Notes under the pieces: model-generated | Databases searched by the model: none | Seen by the model: only the letters and a program-made list of their open reading frames with translations | What the model was told of the DNA's origin: nothing | Translations under genes and position numbers: made by a program | Assembly: GCA_964647585.1 (NCBI GenBank) | Contig: CAZYGG010000001.1 | Coordinates: 99,373 to 163,372, forward strand | DNA: 64,000 bases | Source of the DNA: an uncultured Desulfobacterales bacterium | GTDB lineage: Bacteria > Desulfobacterota > Desulfobacteria > Desulfobacterales > CAJINA01 | Direction: 5' to 3' | In this document: piece after piece, positions 43,084-51,243 of the stretch | Numbering within the stretch: position 1 is the stretch's first letter | Layout: every line of letters starts with the position of its first letter

Positions 43084-44316
43084 TCAGGTATACGTCAGCG
43101 CATCCACCGGTTTTAATTTTTTGATTTTCAGGGCCGGGTAAAGGGCCGCGCACACGGTGATCATAAACACCAGCGCCGGTCCCGTTACAATCGAAAACCA
43201 GGTCAGCCGCGGATACAGAGCGCCGGATATCCCGTATTGCTTCAGCATTTCCGAACTGCCGGCCAGGACAATCCCGTGGACCTGGAAATACCAGGTCAGG
43301 ATAATGCCCAGCCCGATGCCGGTGAAAATCCCCACCAGGGTCATCAGCATCGACTCCAGCATGACCATTTTCACCAGTTTGCCGGGTGTCGTGCCCAGGG
43401 CCATCATCACCCCGAACTCCCGGGTCCTCTCCAGGATGGCCATGAGAAAGGTGTTCAGGATGCTGAAAGCCACAACGAGAATCAGAATCACGTAAATGAT
43501 CAGGCCGCTCACCAGGTCCATGGCGATTCCCTGGGCCAGGCCGGGGAGCAGATCCATCCAGTCCAGGACCACCAGGTCGTCCGCCAGGTTTTCGTCCGCA
43601 ATCTCCTTCTCGAGCGCCTGCTTGACACCGTGGACATCGGCCAGGGACTGAACGGTGACCACGATCTCATGGACATTACCTTCCAGGGTAAAGACATCCT
43701 GGAAATAACCCAGCGGCACGTGGATCGCACTCCGGTCAAAATCGTCCATGCCGGAACTGTAGACCCCTTTTACCGTAAAAACGGCCGCTGCCACGGATCC
43801 GTCGCTTCCCTGCCCCAGGACAGTGAGTTCGTCGCCGATATCCACCTGCAGGTTCTTCGCCAGCAGCTGTCCGATGAGGGCCACGTCGGTGTCCGCCGCT
43901 TCCAGGTAGCGCCCTTTCCGGATCAGCTTGCGCAGGGTGGAGGTCGCCGCCTCTCGCCGCGGGTCAATTCCGATAACCAGGGCTCCGTAGGTTCTTTCCG
44001 CCGACGACACAAGTGAGAAGGCGTTGCCCCGTTCCGTTCGGGCGGTCACGGCGGGCAGTTCCCGGATGGCCGCCAGCATCTTTTCAGGGTGGTGCACCAT
44101 CTGCCGGATCTGTCGTTTTTCGTGATACCCTTTGGCCTGGATCTGCAGGTGCCCGGTGTGGATTCCCACGGAGGCATTGATCATCGTGTCGTAAGTGCCG
44201 ATCTGGAAGCTCAGCATGAACACCAGCAGGATGCAGGCGAAAGCAATCGCGGCGATGGTCAGCAGCGTGCGCCTTCTGTTGCGCCAGATGTTGCGCCAGC
44301 CCATTTTGAGGTTCAT
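43084..44316 (-). CDS. ABC transporter permease (FtsX/LolC-E/MacB type), paralogue of 41549-42775
   Basis: 410 aa with the same architecture. N-terminus MNLKMGWRNIWRNRRRT compares with MHFQLSWRNIWRNPRRT. Confidence 0.85.
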   Translation of the reverse strand: MNLKMGWRNIWRNRRRTLLTIAAIAFACILLVFMLSFQIGTYDTMINASVGIHTGHLQIQAKGYHEKRQIRQMVHHPEKMLAAIRELPAVTARTERGNAFSLVSSAERTYGALVIGIDPRREAATSTLRKLIRKGRYLEAADTDVALIGQLLAKNLQVDIGDELTVLGQGSDGSVAAAVFTVKGVYSSGMDDFDRSAIHVPLGYFQDVFTLEGNVHEIVVTVQSLADVHGVKQALEKEIADENLADDLVVLDWMDLLPGLAQGIAMDLVSGLIIYVILILVVAFSILNTFLMAILERTREFGVMMALGTTPGKLVKMVMLESMLMTLVGIFTGIGLGIILTWYFQVHGIVLAGSSEMLKQYGISGALYPRLTWFSIVTGPALVFMITVCAALYPALKIKKLKPVDALTYT

Positions 44317-44377
44317 GGTCGCTTCCTTTTATCTCTTCACCCTGCTCTTAAACTTAGCCCGATTCTTGGTTTTTACC

Positions 44378-44533
44378 GTCCTGCCGGACCCCGATCCGGC
44401 ATCCAGCCTTATTGAGATTGCTATCGGGATCCGTATTCGATTTCTATCCTGACTCTATGACTGGGGAAAGGCCCGGCACACTATTACTACAGTAAAACAA
44501 GCCCCTGGATCCCGGCCTACGCCGGGATGACAA
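44378..44533. repeat. Inverted pair of GTCnTGCCGGA...TCCGGCATCCAG-type hairpin units
   Basis: GTCCTGCCGGACCCCGATCCGGCATCCAGCC (44378-44408) faces CCCCTGGATCCCGGCCTACGCCGGGATGACAA (44502-44533). Confidence 0.7.
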
Positions 44534-44544
44534 CCTCTACCTCC

Positions 44545-45312
44545 CTACCTTCCCGGGTTCTTCAAGGCCGCCAGGGTAAACCGACGATCTTTCAGGACAA
44601 CGTCAAACGAAAGGGATACATATTCAACCAGCGTATACTCCTCCGGGCTTTCCGCCTTGTACATCTTCATCACCCGCGGCAGCAGCCGGTTCCCCAGCAT
44701 TTCCACCTGGCTGAATTCCAGGATCTTCACCGGTGCGAGGTCCTCGTCGTAGAAAATTTCTTCTACGGGAACCAGGTCCTCCCGGATCTTAAACGTCAGC
44801 ATCCCCCAGATGACCGCCGCCTCCGGTTTGGGTATGGATTTGATCAGGTAAACGGTCTGTCCCGCCTGGATCTCCTTGCCGGTGAGCGTGTGGTCATAGT
44901 CATCGATCACACTGTCGGATTTGGCCAGGTCGTTATTGGAAAAGTCGGACCCCATCCAGGCCCGGGCCATCATGGAGGGCGGCAGCTGGATCACCCGGTT
45001 GACCTTGGGGTTGAACGTCCACATGTTTTTGTCGAGTTTCAAGGTGCCGTTGCCCTTGTCCTTGGGGGGCGCCATGAGGGTAAAAAGGCTGTCCTTCTCC
45101 CCCCGGGTCCAGACTTTGATCCGGCTCACCCGCTGCCATTCCGGCCGGTGCACGGTCATCTCCACAGTCGACACAGATGTTTTTCCGCGCATATAGTTGA
45201 GATTGCCACGAATCAGTTGACTGGCTGTCGGTTCTCCGGCCATTGAGTGACCGGTTGGCAACAGTCCTATGGTCAACAGTGCGATGCTAAAAAAGAACCG
45301 ATAAGATCTCAT
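44545..45312 (-). CDS. LolA-like outer-membrane lipoprotein-sorting-protein-family periplasmic protein
   Basis: Signal peptide (FFFSIALLTIGLLPTGHSMA). The family pattern RGKTSVSTVEMTVHRPEWQR...LFTLMAPPKDKGNGTLKLDKNMW fits. GGAG RBS before ATG 45312. Confidence 0.65.
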   Translation of the reverse strand: MRSYRFFFSIALLTIGLLPTGHSMAGEPTASQLIRGNLNYMRGKTSVSTVEMTVHRPEWQRVSRIKVWTRGEKDSLFTLMAPPKDKGNGTLKLDKNMWTFNPKVNRVIQLPPSMMARAWMGSDFSNNDLAKSDSVIDDYDHTLTGKEIQAGQTVYLIKSIPKPEAAVIWGMLTFKIREDLVPVEEIFYDEDLAPVKILEFSQVEMLGNRLLPRVMKMYKAESPEEYTLVEYVSLSFDVVLKDRRFTLAALKNPGR

Positions 45313-45461
45313 GTCTCGTCTCCTTTGAATGCAGCCGGACTCTGTCAACGGGTGTATGAGGCATTTAACACTATAACCTGATTATTCGTCAAGTGACCGG
45401 GCAATGCATTTGTTTATCATTATGAAGTTGACTTATTCATTTTTCTATGTAAATTGAAGTT

Positions 45462-46622
45462 ATGTATCGCAGACTGATTAAAAAACCAATTGCTCAAAAC
45501 AGGAGTTTCTTCCTGTTCGGGCCAAGGGGTACGGGTAAGACTACCTGGATTAAAAGTGTCTTCCCAGAGGCTCTCTATCTAGATCTGCTGGAATTTGACC
45601 TGTATAATGATTTACTGGCACGTCCGGGACGGTTGGAAAGTTTAATTCCCCCCGGTTTTCACGACTGGATTATTCTCGACGAGATCCAACGCATACCGGA
45701 TTTACTCAATGAAGTCCATCGCTTAATAGAAAACCTGAATCTCAAATTTGTTTTGACAGGTTCCAGTGCCAGGACACTCCGGAAAAAGGGAGTCAACCTG
45801 CTCGCCGGGCGTGCTTTGACGTACCGAATGTATCCTCTCACCGCCATTGAGCTGGGTAACGATTTCAAGTTGGAAAATTCGTTAAAATGGGGCCATCTGC
45901 CATCAATTTCTTCCGAAAATGAACCAGGTTTGTATTTAAAAGCGTACGTGCAAACCTATCTGCGTGAAGAAGTCCTCCAGGAGGGTTTGACAAGGAACCT
46001 GGGCAGTTTTTCACGTTTTCTCGAAACAGCTTCATTCTCCCAGGGAGCCGTACTGAACATTTCTGAAATAGCCAGAGAAGCCGGTATTGAAAGAATGCGG
46101 ATTACCAGTTATTTTTCGATACTTGAGGACTTGCTTCTCGCGTCCAGGCTGCCGGTCTTTACAAAAAGGGCAAAGCGTAGAGTAACCGTGCATCCCAAAT
46201 TTTACTATTTTGATGTGGGTGTTTTCCGATCGCTGCGCCCCATGGGACCTCTGGATTCTCCGGCAGAAGCCGAAGGTCCCGGTCTTGAAACTCTATGCTA
46301 TCAAGAACTATCGGCCATCAACGACTATTACAAATATGGATACAACCTTTATTACTGGCGAACCGGTAACGGTGTTGAGGTCGATTTCATACTTTATGGC
46401 TCCAGAGGTCTGCTCGCTTTTGAAATTAAACGATCCAACCGTTTTTCAACTAAAGACTTAAGAGGTTTAAAACTGTTTTCAAGTGATTACCCGGAGGCAA
46501 AATTATATTTTCTATATGGCGGCTCAAGGGAACAATACGAAAACAATGTTACCATAATACCGATTGAAAAGGCTCTAAAAATGCTGCCGGAAATTCTGGA
46601 AAATAACGCTTCCGCCCCCTGA
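45462..46622 (+). CDS. AAA+ ATPase (AAA_14 / DUF4143-type)
   Basis: FLFGPRGTGKTT Walker A and WIILDEIQ Walker B. The C-terminal EVDFIL...FEIK pattern is typical of DUF4143. Confidence 0.75.
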   Translation: MYRRLIKKPIAQNRSFFLFGPRGTGKTTWIKSVFPEALYLDLLEFDLYNDLLARPGRLESLIPPGFHDWIILDEIQRIPDLLNEVHRLIENLNLKFVLTGSSARTLRKKGVNLLAGRALTYRMYPLTAIELGNDFKLENSLKWGHLPSISSENEPGLYLKAYVQTYLREEVLQEGLTRNLGSFSRFLETASFSQGAVLNISEIAREAGIERMRITSYFSILEDLLLASRLPVFTKRAKRRVTVHPKFYYFDVGVFRSLRPMGPLDSPAEAEGPGLETLCYQELSAINDYYKYGYNLYYWRTGNGVEVDFILYGSRGLLAFEIKRSNRFSTKDLRGLKLFSSDYPEAKLYFLYGGSREQYENNVTIIPIEKALKMLPEILENNASAP

Positions 46623-46774
46623 TTTAATAAAAGGAAAACAAAATTATACCGGCTCCCATTCAAACCTGGAACATTGCCTCCAGACAAAAACTTATCATCG
46701 CGGGCCCCTGCAGCGCCGAATCGGCAGCACAGGTTCTGAACACCGCCCGGGAACTGGCCCGCTGTAAAATCGAT

Positions 46775-47722
46775 GTGCTGCGCGCCGGTATCTGGAAACC
46801 GCGGACCATGCCAGGCACATTCGAAGGGGTCGGTGAAACCGGTCTGGCCTGGCTGGCACAGGCCAAAAAGGAGACCGCCCTGCCGGTCACCGTGGAGGTG
46901 GCGACCCCCTCACATGTTGAAGCGTGCCTGCGCCATGGAATCGACTTGCTCTGGATCGGTGCCCGCACGACCGTAAATCCCTTTTCAGTACAGGCCATAG
47001 CGGATGCCCTGCGGGGGGTGGACATTCCGGTTATGGTGAAGAACCCCATCAATCCGGACCTCGATCTGTGGCTTGGCGCGGTTGAACGCCTGTCCCGGGC
47101 CGGTATCAAAAAGATTGCGGCCATTCACCGGGGCTTCTCATCAGCCACGGAAACCCTCTATCGCAACCGGCCGCACTGGACGATTCCCATCGAAATGAAG
47201 CTCCGGCATCCGGAAATCCCCCTTATCTGTGATCCCAGTCACATCAGCGGAGACGGCGAGCTGGTCTTTGATGTGGCGCAAAAGGCTATGGATCTGCTTT
47301 TTGACGGCCTGATGATCGAAGCTCATATCGCCCCCGAATCCGCCCTGAGCGATGCCCGCCAGCAGCTCTCCCCGGCCCGGCTGGACCGGCTGCTGAAGAA
47401 AATAGAATTCAAGCGCGCCCATTCCGACAACATCGCTTTTGCCAGCACTCTTGAACAGCTTAGGGAAAAAATTGATGCGGCGGATGAAGCCGTCATCACG
47501 GCCCTGGCCAGACGGATGGAGATCGTCGATGAAATCGGGCGGTATAAGCAGAGCAACAATGTTTCAATTTTGCAACCGGAGCGCTGGAATGAAATCCTGG
47601 TGAGCCGCATCGCGGCCGGGGTGCGGCGCAACCTGTCCGAACGGTTTATGCGGGAGCTGTATCGCTGCATCCATGCGGAATCCATTGAGCACCAGGAAGC
47701 GCAGATTAAAAAAGGAGATTGA
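46775..47722 (+). CDS. 3-deoxy-7-phosphoheptulonate (DAHP) synthase type I-beta fused to chorismate mutase. The N-terminus lies in another frame (see finding).
   Basis: LRAGIWKPRT, WIGARTTVNPF, VKNPINPDLDLW, DPSH, and a C-terminal CM_2-like LREKIDAADEAVITALARRMEIVDEIGRYK. The conserved IIAGPCSAES strand is encoded upstream at 46695-46724 in a different frame. Confidence 0.8.
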   Translation: MLRAGIWKPRTMPGTFEGVGETGLAWLAQAKKETALPVTVEVATPSHVEACLRHGIDLLWIGARTTVNPFSVQAIADALRGVDIPVMVKNPINPDLDLWLGAVERLSRAGIKKIAAIHRGFSSATETLYRNRPHWTIPIEMKLRHPEIPLICDPSHISGDGELVFDVAQKAMDLLFDGLMIEAHIAPESALSDARQQLSPARLDRLLKKIEFKRAHSDNIAFASTLEQLREKIDAADEAVITALARRMEIVDEIGRYKQSNNVSILQPERWNEILVSRIAAGVRRNLSERFMRELYRCIHAESIEHQEAQIKKGD

Positions 47723-47726
47723 TGAA

Positions 47727-47800
47727 TTTGCAAGAATCTGACACCGAATAAAAAATTCGAATATCGAAGCACGAATATCGAAACAAATTCGAAATCTTGC
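47727..47800. repeat. Family G repeat copy (TTCGAATAT words)
   Basis: CCGAATAAAAAATTCGAATATCGAAGCACGAATATCGAAACAAATTCGAAATC. Its reverse complement parallels 24814-24866. Confidence 0.7.
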
Positions 47801-47823
47801 CGTGAAAGACATTGAGGTATAAT

Positions 47824-48549
47824 ATGACAACAGATAAAGACTCCGCCGGTCAGAATATCACTGCAGGCGAAGCCGACTGGACCTTTGGCGGCCAGACCCC
47901 GGCAGCCTTTACCGCGCATATTCAACAGTCCGTGCCGTTTTATGATACCGGTCATGAACTGGTGTGCAAACTCAGCGATTATTTTGTCAAGGATCAGTCG
48001 GTCTGCTACGACCTGGGCACCTCCACCGGCGTACTGGCCGGCAAACTGGCCCGCCGGCATACCCGGCGCCCAGGCGCGCAATGGATCGGCATCGATATCG
48101 AACCGGCTATGGTCCAGCAGGCCCGGATGGAGAACGGGGACCTCGATACTGTTGAATTTGTAGTAGATGATATCACCCTCTATCCCTTTCTGGCGTCCGA
48201 TCTGATCACCTCGTATTACACCATCCAGTTTGTGCCGCCCGCCGTCCGGCAGGATCTTTTCAACCGGGTGTTCCAGGCCCTGAACTGGGGCGGCGCGTTT
48301 ATATTTTTTGAAAAGGTGCGGGCCTGTGATGCCCGTTTCCAGGATATTATCCAGACCCTCTACACGGATTACAAGCTGGACCAGGGCTATACCCCGACCG
48401 AAATCATCAATAAAACCAAAAGCCTCAAAGGCATCCTGGAACCATTTTCAACCCAGGGAAACCTGGACCTTCTGAAAAGGGCAGGTTTTGTGGACATTAT
48501 CACCGTATTCAAGTATCTGTGTTTTGAAGGTTTTTTAGCTATCAAATAA
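47824..48549 (+). CDS. cmoA: CmoA-family SAM-dependent methyltransferase (carboxy-SAM synthase-like)
   Basis: The spacing of DWTF...IQQSVPFYD...YDLGTSTG...IGIDIEPAM...TIQFV...GGAFIFFEK...AGF parallels E. coli CmoA. GAGG RBS before ATG 47824. Confidence 0.65.
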   Translation: MTTDKDSAGQNITAGEADWTFGGQTPAAFTAHIQQSVPFYDTGHELVCKLSDYFVKDQSVCYDLGTSTGVLAGKLARRHTRRPGAQWIGIDIEPAMVQQARMENGDLDTVEFVVDDITLYPFLASDLITSYYTIQFVPPAVRQDLFNRVFQALNWGGAFIFFEKVRACDARFQDIIQTLYTDYKLDQGYTPTEIINKTKSLKGILEPFSTQGNLDLLKRAGFVDIITVFKYLCFEGFLAIK

Positions 48550-48766
48550 GCGCCCTGCCACCTGAGGCCTCTCTCTTTTTTCCGCATTTTCCCAGTGCCC
48601 TCATCATATTTATTTCTGCCTGTCAAAGATGTCTGTCACACAAGCGTCTGATAACAGGTACCCCACCGACATGACCATACCGGCCCAGCAGAAATAAATT
48701 ACTTGACAATTTTCCTGACATATTATTGAGTAGTTTTATTACTCATAAAGTATTTGGCGGTGAAAC

Positions 48767-49309
48767 ATGGAAAACCTGTTTACAGGTCTGATTGCCTCTA
48801 AAACCAGAATCAAGCTGCTTACCCGATTTTTCTTCAATCCCCTGACCCGGTCCTATCTGCGTGAACTGGCCAAGGAATTCAGCCTGTCTACCAACTCGGT
48901 CAGGGAAGAACTCAACCAATTGACCAAAACCAAATTGCTTGTTTCCAAAAGAAACGGCCGTCAAGTCCTTTACGGAGCTAACACTGCACATCCCCTGTTT
49001 CCAGAACTTAAATCCATGGTTGGCAAAGTCATGGGCATCGACCAGGTGATCGACTCCATTGTCACCCGCCTTGGAGACTTGGAAAGAGCCTACCTGATAG
49101 ATGATTACGCGGAAGGCAAAGACACAGGTATTATTGACCTGCTCCTGGTGGGGGAAATCGACGAATACCATCTTAATGATTTGAGCAGAAAAACAGAACG
49201 GTATATTAAAAGAAAGATAAGATCACTCGTACTGACCCGGGAGGAGCATAAACAGATGAAGCTTGAAGGCCGGCCGCGCCTGATGATATGGGAAGCGGAT
49301 AAGAGATAA
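48767..49309 (+). CDS. Winged-helix (ArsR-like) transcriptional regulator
   Basis: KTRIKLLTRFFFNPLTRSYLRELAKEFSLSTNSVREELNQLTKTKLLV is an HTH pattern. Confidence 0.6.
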   Translation: MENLFTGLIASKTRIKLLTRFFFNPLTRSYLRELAKEFSLSTNSVREELNQLTKTKLLVSKRNGRQVLYGANTAHPLFPELKSMVGKVMGIDQVIDSIVTRLGDLERAYLIDDYAEGKDTGIIDLLLVGEIDEYHLNDLSRKTERYIKRKIRSLVLTREEHKQMKLEGRPRLMIWEADKR

Positions 49310-49506
49310 ACCCTTTCCGAACATTGTATATTTAAATAGTATTTACAGATTGTTACGCCCCATCCCGAATGCAATCGGAGGGGCGGAGCTGTATTCTGCA
49401 TGTGAAATCAGATTGATAGGGCTACCCAACAAACCGTGCCGGACAACCAGAAAACCAGCGTGCTGAAAAGATCCCGTCTACTAAAATCTACCACTGAAAA
49501 GATCAC

Positions 49507-50214
49507 ATGAAAGCAATTATTCTATCAGCCGGCGAAGGTATAAGATTACGTCCGTTAACGAAAAACATCCCTAAGCCCTTACTGCCGATAAATGGCAAAC
49601 CGCTATTGGACCATTGGTTAGAATGCTTCGAAAAGAATGGTTTTTCCGAGGTTCTGATCAATGCCCACTACCTGCATGAATTGGTAAAAGAATTCATTTA
49701 TGACGCCCAAAAAAGATATAACCTGAAAATTAATTACGTATACGAAAAAAAGTTACTAGGCACCGGTGGTACGGTAAAAAGCAACTATCAATTTATTAAA
49801 GATGAGGATTTCTTTGTTTTATGTCATGGTGATAATTACACCGACATTGATCTTGCAGATATGATCGCTTTTCATAAGCATCAAGAAACAGATTTATCAC
49901 TGGCCCTTTTTGAAACCCCAAGCCCCAAACAGTGTGGAATTATCGACGCCCTTGATGATTCCGGTCGCATACTGAAATTCTCTGAAAAACCAAAAGTACC
50001 GCGAACCAATCTCGCCAGCGCTGCAATCTTTATTTTAGCGCCACGCGTTGTCGAATGCATACCCGCGGATACGGTTATTGATTTTAGTAATCATATTTTA
50101 CCCCGCTATCAAGGAAGAATGTTTGGTTACCCGATTAAAGGCTTCAATATCGATATCGGCACGATAGAAAACTACAACTACGCTAACAAAATCGCTGCGA
50201 ACAAGGCAAGATAG
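49507..50214 (+). CDS. Sugar-phosphate (or phospho-alcohol) nucleotidyltransferase
   Basis: MKAIILSAGEGIRLRPLTKNIPKPLLPINGKPLL is the NTP_transferase signature. Confidence 0.8.
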   Translation: MKAIILSAGEGIRLRPLTKNIPKPLLPINGKPLLDHWLECFEKNGFSEVLINAHYLHELVKEFIYDAQKRYNLKINYVYEKKLLGTGGTVKSNYQFIKDEDFFVLCHGDNYTDIDLADMIAFHKHQETDLSLALFETPSPKQCGIIDALDDSGRILKFSEKPKVPRTNLASAAIFILAPRVVECIPADTVIDFSNHILPRYQGRMFGYPIKGFNIDIGTIENYNYANKIAANKAR

Positions 50215-50245
50215 GGCCCTAATATATTTCAATAAAGAGGTTTCG

Positions 50246-51232
50246 ATGTCCGAGAGGGTAGTAGTTATAGGCAGTAATTCTTTCTCCGGGGCGCATTTTG
50301 TTCACCGCGTGCTGGAAGCCAATATGGATGTAATCAGTATGAGCCGCTCTCCTGAACCAGATCAGGTTTTTCTACCCTATGAAAAATCTTGTTCAGGCTA
50401 TCGCTTTTATCAGCTGGATTTGAATTTTGATCTGGATGATATTATAGATACCATCAAGCATTTTGAACCCCAATATATAGTAAATTTTGCATCTCAGAGC
50501 ATGGTTGCCGAAAGCTGGCAGAACCCTGATCACTGGTTTCAAACCAATGTGGTTGCTACCATTAAACTTCATGAGCGTTTGCGAAATTTCAGCTTTTTAA
50601 AAAAATACGTCCACATATCGACACCGGAAGTATATGGATCATGTGAGGGACTGGTTCCTGAGAGCTATGATTACAATCCGAGTACGCCCTATGCCGTTTC
50701 CCGGGCGGCCGCTGATATGAGCCTCATGACCTACTTCAAGACTTACCATTTCCCGGTTGTCATAACGCGGGCGGCAAATGTCTTCGGCCCGTGTCAACAG
50801 CTTTACCGCATTATTCCCAGGGCGATCTTGTTCTTTCTGATCGGCAACAAGCTGCAATTGCATGGCGGAGGTCATTCAGTACGATCATTTATCGATATCC
50901 GCGATGTTGCCGAGGGCACCCTGCGTGTGATGCGTAACGCACCGCCGGGAGAAATCTATCATTTTTCCACCATGGAAAATATTTCCATCCGTTCACTTGT
51001 GAAGATGGTGGCCGAGATAATGGGCATCGACTTTGAAAAGAATGTAGTGACCGTAGGGGAGCGCCTTGGAAAGGATGCCGCCTATCTCCTGGACAGTTCC
51101 AAGGCCCGGGAAGAACTCGGCTGGAAAGACCGTTTTACCCTCAAGTCAGGCATTGAAGACACGTTTGCCTGGATAAAAAACAGCCTCGACACCCTTAAAC
51201 TTCAGTCCTTTGATTATATTCATAAGCCGTAG
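50246..51232 (+). CDS. Extended SDR (NAD-dependent epimerase/dehydratase family) with atypical active-site residues
   Basis: VVVIGSNSFSGAHFV Rossmann motif. HISTPEVYG and PYAVSRAAAD align to the STDEVYG and YSASKAA motifs of RmlB-type enzymes. Confidence 0.7.
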   Translation: MSERVVVIGSNSFSGAHFVHRVLEANMDVISMSRSPEPDQVFLPYEKSCSGYRFYQLDLNFDLDDIIDTIKHFEPQYIVNFASQSMVAESWQNPDHWFQTNVVATIKLHERLRNFSFLKKYVHISTPEVYGSCEGLVPESYDYNPSTPYAVSRAAADMSLMTYFKTYHFPVVITRAANVFGPCQQLYRIIPRAILFFLIGNKLQLHGGGHSVRSFIDIRDVAEGTLRVMRNAPPGEIYHFSTMENISIRSLVKMVAEIMGIDFEKNVVTVGERLGKDAAYLLDSSKAREELGWKDRFTLKSGIEDTFAWIKNSLDTLKLQSFDYIHKP

Positions 51233-51243
51233 AGGAGATACGT

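Noticed and set aside
43237-45246. Plus-strand ORFs of 259 and 239 aa opposite the permease and LolA-like genes
   Set aside because: They are His/Gln/Pro/Gly-rich shadow translations. The minus-strand genes have clear family features.
45462-46622. AAA_14/DUF4143 ATPase as a defence system
   Set aside because: It is a single gene with no partner nuclease or effector in the neighbourhood. The family is widespread and of unknown role, so there is not enough evidence.
9333-47800. Possibility that the tandem-word elements are CRISPR arrays
   Set aside because: The units are only 6-10 nt, degenerate and directly abutting, with no unique spacers. No cas genes are present.
47323-48081. 252-aa minus-strand ORF spanning the DAHP synthase/cmoA junction
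   Set aside because: It overlaps two well-supported plus-strand genes and a repeat element, with no motifs.
48750-48765. GGCGGTGA as an ops/JUMPstart element ahead of the glycan locus
   Set aside because: It is only a partial match to GGCGGTAG, and it lies directly before the regulator gene start, not in a long leader.
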